From: Fidelibacterota bacterium
GTDB lineage: Bacteria > Fidelibacterota > Marinisomatia > Marinisomatales > UBA1611
NCBI GenBank assembly: GCA_012964275.1
Contig: DTUG01000179.1
Span: 1 to 34,251 of the forward strand
Direction: 5' to 3'
Length of the DNA stretch: 34,251 nt
The notes beneath the pieces are model-generated. The model was not told the origin of the DNA and ran no database searches. It saw only the letters and a list, made by a program, of their open reading frames with translations. The position numbers and the translations under genes are program-made. Of this stretch, positions 24,568 to 33,388 are shown piece by piece (positions within the stretch are counted from its first letter, which is position 1; each line of letters opens with the position of its first letter).

Positions 24568-26675
24568 TGGAAACAGGTACAACTACATTTCATAGTATTG
24601 GGACAACCGCTGATTGGGTAGTAATGGTGGTATATTTCATATCCATTATGCTATTTGGAACCTATTTTGGCCGGTATACCAAAACGACGTCCGATTTCTT
24701 TTTTGGTGGTCGCCGATTTTCTTGGTGGTTGATCACCATGTCTATTGTGGCAACCGGTGTAGGAAGCCATAGTTTTGTAAAATATTCTGCGAAAGGGTTC
24801 GAGCATGGTATCTCCTCATCCATGACCTATTTGAATGACTGGTTCTTTGTGCCTTTTTTTATGTTTGGCTGGCTGCCGATCCTTGTTTATTCCAAAGTTC
24901 GCTCCATTCCGGAGTATTTTGAAAAACGGTTCAGTCCTTCAGCGCGATTCCTGGCTACAATTCTACTGCTCCTTTATATGGTCGGGTATATTGGGATCGG
25001 ATTTCTAACTTTGGGTAAAGCGCTAATACCCATGTTGCCGGAAGCGTTCACTGTTTTTGGCATGACCATACCAGTAACCTTAATGGGGGCCATAATTATA
25101 ATCGCTGTCATCACTGGCGCTTATATTACTTTTGGTGGTCAAACAGCTGTGATCTTTACCGACTTATTGCAGGGATTTATACTCCTGTTTGCAGGTTTTA
25201 TATTGTTTATTCTAGGGATATCATATCTGGGCGGGTTTGAGATATTTTGGAAACTGTTGCCTGTGGAGTGGAAACTGCCTCTTGCAGATTTTAACCAGCC
25301 ACCCAACTTTAATTTTGTAGGAATATTCTGGCAGGATGCTATCGCAGGATCCATCGGGTTCCTCTTCATGAACCAAGGACTGATTATGAGATTCATGGCG
25401 TGTAAGAGTGTGAATGAGGGTAGGAAAGCTGCGGCAGTGAATATCCTTTTTGTGCTACCTCTTTCTGCCATTGTGGTTGGGAACGCAGGTTGGGTCGGAA
25501 AAGCTATTTCCGTGGCTGATCCTTCTATTGTTGCACCCACTACATCGCCTGACCAGATCTTTGTAGTTGTTGCCAATATAGTTTGCAGTCCCGGAGTGTT
25601 TGGTTTTGTTATGGCAGCACTTACAGCTGCCCTCATGAGTACAGTAGACACACTGATCAATGCAACCGCTGCGATTTTTATCAATGACGTCTATCGTCCA
25701 ATAAAACGTTTAATGGATACGAATGCCAAAGGAAACAAATTAGAGGATAAACAGGAATTATTTGCTGCCAGATTATCATCCATTGCAATCACCGCTCTCG
25801 GTGTGGCTGCTGTGCTGGCGTTTAAAAATTTCCCAACGGTTTATGAAGCTCACGGTTATTTCCATTCAACACTGACGCCACCCCTGGTAGTGGCTATTTT
25901 CATGGGTGTGTTCTGGAAACGATTTTCCCCAGCAGGCGTGATCACAACATTTGTAGGAGGTGTGGCACTGATGATTCTTGGTGCACGGTATCCCGGGGTT
26001 TTTATTGCCCCGTTTGATCATGGAATTACAATGAATCCAGATCGACCTTATTCTTATATACGTGCATTATATAATATCCTGGCTTGCACAGGAGTAGGTG
26101 TTTTAGTTACCTGTACCACATCTCTCCAGGAATGGGTCGTAGCGTGGTTTAAATCTAGACCATCGGGGCGAACAGAAATGATAGGTCTGTCGGGTTTTTC
26201 AACCTTTGCTTTTATATTGATCCTTTTTAATGGTGCCGATCTTTTCCTGCAGGTCATTTCTGTAATGATAGTCATAATACTAGTTCCGACAATTGTTGGA
26301 TATTTTGTTTCTTACAATAAACAAACTGCGACAGAAGGTCTCACGTCATGGTCTATAGATAAAGCGAGAGCTATGTTTAAAGGTTCAGATCCAAACGATA
26401 AAATTGGAGCAGTAATTCAAGTAAAGTTCAAGGTGATTGAAGGCGATGGAACAAACATCATGTTTTCGGAAAGCGATATGGATCGTATGGCTGCAAAACC
26501 AGGTGATCTTGTATATCTTTCTGATAAACGGAAGTGGCTGGGCGGTTTAAAGTCAATTCATTCTGTGTATGGTAAACCGCATCAAGATGATGAAATTGTT
26601 TATTTAGATGATGGTCAGGTGGCACAAGGACTGTTTGATCATGGACGTACTTTAACTGCAGAAAAAGAAATGTAA
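24567..26675 (+). CDS. Sodium:solute symporter (SSS/SLC5) with a C-terminal soluble extension
   Basis: DFFFGGR..WW, SIPEYFEKRF, YITFGGQTAVIFTDLLQ, AALMSTVD, FWKR motifs; about 90-aa hydrophilic C-terminal domain. Confidence 0.93.
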   Translation: METGTTTFHSIGTTADWVVMVVYFISIMLFGTYFGRYTKTTSDFFFGGRRFSWWLITMSIVATGVGSHSFVKYSAKGFEHGISSSMTYLNDWFFVPFFMFGWLPILVYSKVRSIPEYFEKRFSPSARFLATILLLLYMVGYIGIGFLTLGKALIPMLPEAFTVFGMTIPVTLMGAIIIIAVITGAYITFGGQTAVIFTDLLQGFILLFAGFILFILGISYLGGFEIFWKLLPVEWKLPLADFNQPPNFNFVGIFWQDAIAGSIGFLFMNQGLIMRFMACKSVNEGRKAAAVNILFVLPLSAIVVGNAGWVGKAISVADPSIVAPTTSPDQIFVVVANIVCSPGVFGFVMAALTAALMSTVDTLINATAAIFINDVYRPIKRLMDTNAKGNKLEDKQELFAARLSSIAITALGVAAVLAFKNFPTVYEAHGYFHSTLTPPLVVAIFMGVFWKRFSPAGVITTFVGGVALMILGARYPGVFIAPFDHGITMNPDRPYSYIRALYNILACTGVGVLVTCTTSLQEWVVAWFKSRPSGRTEMIGLSGFSTFAFILILFNGADLFLQVISVMIVIILVPTIVGYFVSYNKQTATEGLTSWSIDKARAMFKGSDPNDKIGAVIQVKFKVIEGDGTNIMFSESDMDRMAAKPGDLVYLSDKRKWLGGLKSIHSVYGKPHQDDEIVYLDDGQVAQGLFDHGRTLTAEKEM

Positions 26676-26755
26676 AACACTTTTATTCTTTCAAATACTT
26701 TTTCAAATTAATTGTGAGAGAAATTGGCAAATTTCTTGAAATTATTTTTTACACA

Positions 26756-26804
26756 CCTGACTAACATCCTCTTAAATAAACCACATTTGAAAGGATCGGT
26801 CAGG
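26756..26804. other. Long imperfect hairpin in the 237-bp intergenic region upstream of kynA
   Basis: CCTGACT/GGTCAGG, ATCCT/AGGAT and TTAAAT/ATTTGA arms around loop AAACCAC. Confidence 0.5.
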
Positions 26805-26912
26805 ATCTTATTTGAAGGAGTAAAAGTAATGTTGTGCACCCGGCATAAGTAAATTTTAAGATGAATTTGTGATTGAATTTTCTTAATAAATTGCGCACAT
26901 AATTTTCCACAA

Positions 26913-28016
26913 ATGAAAAAGCAAGTCCCACCTCAGTATTACCATGATTACTTAAACTTAGAAAACCTTCTGACTAGCCAGAAATTGTTAAGTGAGAAAA
27001 TTGGCCAGAAGGCACATGATGAAATGCTCTTTATTATTATTCATCAGGTATATGAGCTCTGGTTTAAACAGATCTTGTTTGAATTAGATTCTATTATTAG
27101 AGCATTCGACCGGGACGTTATCCGAGAATCACATATCGGTATTGCAGTTAGTCGGTTGAACCGGATCATTGAAATTCAGCGTATTCTCATTGACCAAATC
27201 CAGGTTTTGGAGACGATGACTCCCATGGACTTTCTTGATTTTCGTGATTTGCTTACGCCCGCATCCGGCTTCCAGAGTATTCAATTTCGTCTCATCGAAA
27301 ATAAGTTGGGACTGAAAGCTGACAGCAGATATGAATACGGACGTCGCGATTATAAATCACAGATGCATGATGAACATCAAATGATCCTTAAAAAATCAGA
27401 GGCTTCCTCATCGCTCTTTGAATTGGTTGAACGTTGGCTTGAACGCACACCATTCCTGGTTTTTGAAGACTTCAATTTTTGGGAACAGTATCGTTCAGCT
27501 GTAGATAAAATGTTAGCCAGTGATCGCGAGATCATTTTAGAGAATAATACACTCTCGAATAAAGAGAAAAAAACCCACCTGAAAGAATATGAAAATACGG
27601 AAATTATGTTTGACGCTGTATTCGATAAAAAAAAGCATGATGATCTGGTCAATAAGAGCGAAAGGCGCCTTTCTCATAAGGCAACACAAGCTGCATTACT
27701 GATCCTTCTGTATCGCGATCGCCCCATTCTACATAACCCATACAAGTTATTGAACAAACTGATGGATGTGGATGAATTGTTGACCACTTGGCGCTATCGA
27801 CACACACTGATGGTGACCAGAATGATTGGCCGTAAAATTGGTACGGGTGGATCAACGGGTTCTTCCTACCTGAAAGAAACTGCAGAGAGACATAGAATTT
27901 TTGCCGATTACGGAAATTTGACTACATTTCTAATCCCCAGATCATCATTACCTAAATTGCCCGATGAAATAATAAGAAACTTGGGTTTTTATTATAATTC
28001 AAATGCACATAAATAA
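26913..28016 (+). CDS. kynA: Tryptophan 2,3-dioxygenase (long form)
   Basis: YHDYLNL..LL..Q, HDEMLFIIIHQVYELWFKQ, LETMTPMDFLDFR..L.PASGFQSIQFR, WRYRH, RMIG.K.GTGGS.G..YL. Confidence 0.96.
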   Translation: MKKQVPPQYYHDYLNLENLLTSQKLLSEKIGQKAHDEMLFIIIHQVYELWFKQILFELDSIIRAFDRDVIRESHIGIAVSRLNRIIEIQRILIDQIQVLETMTPMDFLDFRDLLTPASGFQSIQFRLIENKLGLKADSRYEYGRRDYKSQMHDEHQMILKKSEASSSLFELVERWLERTPFLVFEDFNFWEQYRSAVDKMLASDREIILENNTLSNKEKKTHLKEYENTEIMFDAVFDKKKHDDLVNKSERRLSHKATQAALLILLYRDRPILHNPYKLLNKLMDVDELLTTWRYRHTLMVTRMIGRKIGTGGSTGSSYLKETAERHRIFADYGNLTTFLIPRSSLPKLPDEIIRNLGFYYNSNAHK

Positions 28017-28436
28017 ATGACTGATTCTGTAAACTCAGATAAAGCTCCGGAACCAGTTGGCCCATACCCTCATGCCAGGAAAGTAGGCAACCTGCTTTTT
28101 CTATCTGGTGTTGGTCCGCGCAAACCCGGCATGAAAACAATACCGGGGGTTGAATTAGATAAAAGTGGAAATATTCTTTCCTACAATATAGTCGATCAAT
28201 GTCGGTCAGTGTTTGAAAATGTACGCAACATTTTGGAAGATGCAGGGAGCCATTGGGACAATCTTGTAGATGTAACCGTATTTTTAACGAATATGAAAAA
28301 TGATTTTCCAGTTTATAATCAGATATATGCAGAATATTTCAAAAATAATCAGCCTTGCCGTACGACAGTGGAAGTAACTGCGTTACCAACACCGATAGCT
28401 ATTGAGCTTAAATGTATTGCAACCATTAGGAAATAG
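28017..28436 (+). CDS. RidA/YjgF-family protein, probable 2-aminomuconate deaminase
   Basis: APEPVGPYPHA, LFLSGVGPR, PCRTTVEV..LP..IAIELK; located in the kynurenine operon. Confidence 0.85.
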   Translation: MTDSVNSDKAPEPVGPYPHARKVGNLLFLSGVGPRKPGMKTIPGVELDKSGNILSYNIVDQCRSVFENVRNILEDAGSHWDNLVDVTVFLTNMKNDFPVYNQIYAEYFKNNQPCRTTVEVTALPTPIAIELKCIATIRK

Positions 28437-28438
28437 AC

Positions 28439-28954
28439 ATGGGTTTAAATCTGCCTATTAATTTTAGACATTGGATCCGGGATAATCGCCATCTCTTAAA
28501 ACCGCCTGTAGGCAATCAGGTTGTGTATAATGGCACTGATTTTATGATTATGGTTGTAGGTGGTCCTAATTCCCGGAAAGATTACCATGTGGATCCCGTT
28601 GAAGAATTTTTCTATCAATTGGAAGGAGATATGCTCCTAAAAGTCATAGAAGATGGTTCCCGGGAAGACATCCCCATTAAAGAAGGTGAAATTTTCTTAT
28701 TACCTCCGAATGTTCCCCATTCACCTCAACGTTTTGAAAGTACTGTTGGTCTTGTTATCGAATACAAAAGGGAGGATGGTGCACTGGATGGATTCCAATG
28801 GTATTGCGACACCTGTGACAAACTGCTTTATGAAGAATTTTTTGTTTTAACAGATATTGTTGCCCAACTGCCGCCATTATTCCAAAAATACTGGGATACG
28901 CTAGAATATAGAACTTGTAATCATTGCGGTTCGGTGCAGGATCCGCCTAACTGA
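28439..28954 (+). CDS. nbaC: 3-hydroxyanthranilate 3,4-dioxygenase
   Basis: LKPPVGN, VGGPN.RKDYH, EEFFYQ, PHSPQR, rubredoxin-like CDTC / CNHC. Confidence 0.96.
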   Translation: MGLNLPINFRHWIRDNRHLLKPPVGNQVVYNGTDFMIMVVGGPNSRKDYHVDPVEEFFYQLEGDMLLKVIEDGSREDIPIKEGEIFLLPPNVPHSPQRFESTVGLVIEYKREDGALDGFQWYCDTCDKLLYEEFFVLTDIVAQLPPLFQKYWDTLEYRTCNHCGSVQDPPN

Positions 28955-28963
28955 TTCCAATAT

Positions 28964-29977
28964 TTGAGAATCGATATCCACACTCATATTCTGCCGAAAG
29001 AATGGCCTGACTTAAAAAAGAAATATGGTTATGGCGGCTGGATTCACTTAGATCATCATAAAACAGGCTGTGCCCGCATGATGAAAGATAACCAGTTTTT
29101 TAGGGAAGTAGAGTCTAACCTGTGGGATCCAGAAATCCGGGGCAATGAATGTGATAATTATGGTATAGATATTCAGGTTCTCTCCACTGTGCCGGTGATG
29201 TTCAGTTATTGGGCGAAACCAGAGCATGGCCTTGATCTGTCCAAGCTGTTAAATGATCATATTGCATCAATAGTTGCTGATCAGCCAAGGCGTTTTATCG
29301 GTTTGGGGACATTACCAATGCAGGAACCATCTTTAGCCGTATCTGAATTGGAACGCTGTGTAAAAGAGCTTGGTTTAGTAGGCGTTCAAATTGGGACCAA
29401 TATAAATGGTATGAATCTTAGCGATGATTCGTTATTTGAAGTGTTTGAATCAGCTGAGTCTCTAAACGCCGCAATTTTCATTCATCCATGGTATATGATG
29501 GGTGAAAAGGATATGATTCAATATTGGTTGCCATGGCTTGTCGGTATGCCTGCAGAAATATCCAGGGCCATCTGTTCCATGATTTTTGGCGGAATATTTG
29601 AAAGATTACCCAATTTGCGAGTTGCTTTTGCCCATGGTGGTGGGGCGTTTCCAGCAACGATTGGACGTATTGATCATGGCTTTAGTGTCAGGCCGGATCT
29701 TTGCGCTGTTGATAATGATAAACTTCCTTCTACCTATCTGGGAAAATTCTGGGTGGACTCCCTATTGCATGACAGAACTGCCCTATCATACATCATCAGT
29801 AAAGTCGGTATGGAGAAAATTGCTTTGGGCACTGATTATCCATTTCCTCTTGGAGAACTTGAGCCGGGATCGTTAATTGATGAAATGGAAAATCTTTCAG
29901 CGGATAACAAAGATATGCTTTATTGCAGAAATGCATTAAACTGGCTAGGGCTTGACAATAATTCGTTTTTGAAATGA
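28964..29977 (+). CDS. nbaD: 2-amino-3-carboxymuconate-6-semialdehyde decarboxylase (ACMSD)
   Basis: IDIHTH, STVPVMFSYW, FIHPW, WLVGMPAE, AHGGG.FP, GTDYPFPLGE; TTG start. Confidence 0.94.
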   Translation: MRIDIHTHILPKEWPDLKKKYGYGGWIHLDHHKTGCARMMKDNQFFREVESNLWDPEIRGNECDNYGIDIQVLSTVPVMFSYWAKPEHGLDLSKLLNDHIASIVADQPRRFIGLGTLPMQEPSLAVSELERCVKELGLVGVQIGTNINGMNLSDDSLFEVFESAESLNAAIFIHPWYMMGEKDMIQYWLPWLVGMPAEISRAICSMIFGGIFERLPNLRVAFAHGGGAFPATIGRIDHGFSVRPDLCAVDNDKLPSTYLGKFWVDSLLHDRTALSYIISKVGMEKIALGTDYPFPLGELEPGSLIDEMENLSADNKDMLYCRNALNWLGLDNNSFLK

Positions 29978-30765
29978 AGTGTAACGTAAAAGTGGGTCAT
30001 CGGTGGTTTGAATATGAATCCACACAGTTTCAAGATGTATCCATTCCCCTGGACTTTAAAGGACCTCAGGTAAATTTCTTTAGTGTTGATCATGCATCGG
30101 CATCGCCTTACAGAAGTGAAAACGTCATTGGTGATACTGTTCAGGGAGGTGGGTGCAATTTTGATACAATTACTTTCATACCCCATTGTTGTGGAACCCA
30201 TACGGAATGTGTTGGCCATATTGTAAATGATGATGTTTATATCAATGACATTTTACCAGACACATTGGTTCCTGCATCCCTCGTGTCTATTGAAACAATA
30301 AAAAAAAATAGTAGCAGTGATCAAATTATTCCAATGGACAAACTGGAATCGGAATTGTTGTCTCTAGACGATGAATTTAAATCCGCTTTGGTTATACGAA
30401 CCTTGCCGAATTCGGAAACAAAACTATCAGCAAGCTATGATGCTGACAACTTACCTGCCTATTTAGAGAAAGGTACGATGGAATTAATCATTGAACATGG
30501 CGTAGATCATCTGCTGGTTGATTTGCCTTCTATTGATAGAGCTTATGATGAAGGAAGATTGGATTGCCATCATCTTTTCTGGGGATTACCTAGAGGATCG
30601 CATAACTTGGATGGCATTGAACCTTCCCATAGAACAATTACCGAGTTGATTTTTGTACCCAATATTATAAAAGATGGCAGGTATCTGTTGCAGTTGCAGA
30701 TCACTAATTTTATACGTGATGCGGCACCCAGCCGGCCGCTGTTGTTTTCTATTGTTGAAAAATGA
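29974..30765 (+). CDS. Cyclase-family metallohydrolase, probable kynurenine formamidase (KynB-like)
   Basis: HCCGTHTECVGH (variant of HxGTHxDxPxH), DLPSIDR, ITEL, DAAPSRP; operon context. Confidence 0.82.
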   Translation: MKCNVKVGHRWFEYESTQFQDVSIPLDFKGPQVNFFSVDHASASPYRSENVIGDTVQGGGCNFDTITFIPHCCGTHTECVGHIVNDDVYINDILPDTLVPASLVSIETIKKNSSSDQIIPMDKLESELLSLDDEFKSALVIRTLPNSETKLSASYDADNLPAYLEKGTMELIIEHGVDHLLVDLPSIDRAYDEGRLDCHHLFWGLPRGSHNLDGIEPSHRTITELIFVPNIIKDGRYLLQLQITNFIRDAAPSRPLLFSIVEK

Positions 30766-32015
30766 ATTTTCAAACAACGGAAGAATTCGCAAAACAACTG
30801 GATCGTAAAGATCCACTTCGTAAGTACCGTTCCAGATTTCATATTCCGCATCGGGATGACAAGGATGTCATTTATTTTTGCGGGAATTCATTGGGCTTGA
30901 TGCCCAAGACGACTGAAGAATATTTGAATAGGGAATTAGCTGTTTGGAAGCAAGATGGCGTTCTGGGAAACCACACCCGCTGGGAACCGTACCATGAACA
31001 TGTAACTGAGTCAACAGCAAGATTGGTAGGAGCACAACCTTCGGAAGTTGTTGTCATGAATGCTTTGACAGTGAACATTCATTTACTGCTCGTTTCATTT
31101 TATCAACCGACAGAAGATAGATTTAAAATCATCATCGAAAAAGGTGCTTTCCCTTCCGATCGGTATGCGGTGGAATCGCAAATAAAATTTCATGGTTTTG
31201 ACCCAGATAATGCATTAGTGGAACTAGAGCCGCGTAGTGGTGAAAGATGTCTGCGTACCAATGATATTTTAAATACACTTAGGGAAAACGAAAACACTGT
31301 TGCAACCATTATGATTGGTGGAGTTAACTATTATACCGGTCAGGCTTTTGATATGGGCAAAATCACAGAGACAGGACGAGAATGTGGTGCGAAGGTCGGT
31401 TTCGACCTAGCTCATGCTGTAGGAAATTTGCCGTTAAGTTTACATGAATGGGGTATGGATTTTGCAGCTTGGTGCAGTTATAAATATCTCTGCGCTGGTC
31501 CTGGAAGTCCTGGAGGCATTTTTGTTCACGAACGCCATGGCAGTTGGGATGGTCCTCGTTTTAATGGTTGGTGGGGACATGATAAAAACACCCGCTTCAA
31601 TATGGACCCGGATTTCATTTCTACCAAAGGAGCAGAAGGGTGGCAGATCAGTAATGCCCCCATTTTAGGATTAGCCTGTTTGCGGTCATCGATGGAGATT
31701 ATAAATGATATCGGTATGTTGGCATTACGGATCAAAAGTGAAGAATTAACAGCTTATATGGAGTATCTACTGAATCAATTGGGTGACTCTCTAAAGATTA
31801 TTACACCATCTGATCCAGCTCAACGGGGCTGTCAGTTATCTGTGGTTATGAATAATTCCGGTAAACAAGTATTTGAAAAATTGAAAGTAAAAAATGTTAT
31901 CTGCGACTGGCGAGAACCCGATGTTATACGGCTCGCCCCAAAACCACTTTATAACTCATTCTCTGAAGTCTATCAATTTGTTGAAATATTGAGATCCATT
32001 CTGCAAACCAGGTAG
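30762..32015 (+). CDS. kynU: Kynureninase
   Basis: YFCGNSLG, MNALTVN, AFPSDRY, DLAHAVGN, WCSYKYL, GWWGH, RGCQLS, DWREPDVIR.AP.PLYN. Confidence 0.97.
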   Translation: MNFQTTEEFAKQLDRKDPLRKYRSRFHIPHRDDKDVIYFCGNSLGLMPKTTEEYLNRELAVWKQDGVLGNHTRWEPYHEHVTESTARLVGAQPSEVVVMNALTVNIHLLLVSFYQPTEDRFKIIIEKGAFPSDRYAVESQIKFHGFDPDNALVELEPRSGERCLRTNDILNTLRENENTVATIMIGGVNYYTGQAFDMGKITETGRECGAKVGFDLAHAVGNLPLSLHEWGMDFAAWCSYKYLCAGPGSPGGIFVHERHGSWDGPRFNGWWGHDKNTRFNMDPDFISTKGAEGWQISNAPILGLACLRSSMEIINDIGMLALRIKSEELTAYMEYLLNQLGDSLKIITPSDPAQRGCQLSVVMNNSGKQVFEKLKVKNVICDWREPDVIRLAPKPLYNSFSEVYQFVEILRSILQTR

Positions 32016-32016
32016 C

Positions 32017-33366
32017 ATGCCTGTTCCGGAAAAAATAGTTCTGATTGGTGCCGGACTAACAGGACCGCTTTTAGCTACATATTTAGCGAAACGTGGTTTT
32101 GAGATTGAAATATTTGAGCGCCGTCCTGACATGCGCACTGAACCTATCGGTGCTGGTCGTTCCATTAATCTTGCTGTTTCATTAAGAGGGGTCCATGCCC
32201 TGAAAGAAGTAGGGTTATTTGAGGAAATTAAAAAGATTTTTATTCCAATGAAGGGCAGAATTATCCATGACTTGAATAATTCTATGCATTTTCTTCCTTA
32301 TGGAAAGGGTGAAAAGGAATTTATTAATTCTGTTTCGAGAGCAGAATTGAATATGCAATTGATGAGCCTTGCTGAAAAAACTGGCAAGGTTAAAATTCAT
32401 TTTGAGCAGCGTTGCTTGGGTATGGATTTTACTAAACGTATAGTGTCTTTTGTTGATGAAGCCAGCCAGGAAAAAAAGTCTCTGAGGAGCGATTGTGTAA
32501 TAGGTACAGATGGTTCTGCTTCCAACTTGCGGTCTTCCATGGAAAGTCTGGAAGGCTATGTATCACGGTTTATTCCACTGGGTCATGGATATAAGGAACT
32601 TTCTATTTCAGCTGATAGTAATGGGGATTTTAAAATGGAACCGCACGGGCTTCATATTTGGCCTCGTGGCAATTATATGCTTATCGCTTTGCCGAATTTG
32701 GATCGTTCATTTACATGTACATTATTTTTTCCAATGAAAGGCGATGTAAGCTTCGAAAGTTTAAAAACAAAATCTCATATAGCATCTTTTTTCGAAGAAC
32801 AATTTCCTGATACAATTGAACTGATGCCGGATGTGGTAGATCAGTATATTTCTTATCCAACCAGTACACTGGGAACTGTCCGGTCTGAGCCTTGGAATGT
32901 AGAAGATATTGCATTGATCATTGGTGATGCTGCCCATGCAATAGTCCCTTTTTTCGGCCAGGGAATGAACGCTGCTTTTGAAGATTGTACAATTTTAAAT
33001 GCAATGATGGATGATTATGAAGATGATTGGAAAAACCTGTTTTCTGATTTTAGTCAACATAGAAAGCTGCATACAGATGCAATCGCCGACATGGCTATGG
33101 AAAATTATATTGAAATGAGGGACCTGGTAAATGACCCTGATTTCTTGCTGGCAAAAGAAGTAGAAAGAGAATTGGAAGAAAAATTTCCTGGAAAATTTAT
33201 TCCCCGTTATTCAATGGTTTCATTCCATCGTATTCCTTATGCTGAAGTATATGCAAGGGGTCGGAAACAGATCACTATCGTGGAAGAATTAATGAAAAAT
33301 TTAAATCAGGTCAGGGATCTGGATATGAAGCGCGCTACTGAATTAATGGCGGATTATAAAGTATAA
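32017..33366 (+). CDS. kmo: Kynurenine 3-monooxygenase
   Basis: GAGLTG, GRSINLA, GYKEL, LHIWPRG, IALPN, GDAAHAIVPFFGQGMNAAFED, NYIEMRD, YSMVSF. Confidence 0.96.
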   Translation: MPVPEKIVLIGAGLTGPLLATYLAKRGFEIEIFERRPDMRTEPIGAGRSINLAVSLRGVHALKEVGLFEEIKKIFIPMKGRIIHDLNNSMHFLPYGKGEKEFINSVSRAELNMQLMSLAEKTGKVKIHFEQRCLGMDFTKRIVSFVDEASQEKKSLRSDCVIGTDGSASNLRSSMESLEGYVSRFIPLGHGYKELSISADSNGDFKMEPHGLHIWPRGNYMLIALPNLDRSFTCTLFFPMKGDVSFESLKTKSHIASFFEEQFPDTIELMPDVVDQYISYPTSTLGTVRSEPWNVEDIALIIGDAAHAIVPFFGQGMNAAFEDCTILNAMMDDYEDDWKNLFSDFSQHRKLHTDAIADMAMENYIEMRDLVNDPDFLLAKEVERELEEKFPGKFIPRYSMVSFHRIPYAEVYARGRKQITIVEELMKNLNQVRDLDMKRATELMADYKV

Positions 33367-33388
33367 AATAATTTAGATTTTATTAGGT

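Noticed and set aside
22664-26275. Longer antisense ORFs (22664-23137, 25139-25684, 26054-26275)
   Set aside because: They lie opposite well-conserved EF-G2 and SSS genes; typical codon-bias shadows.
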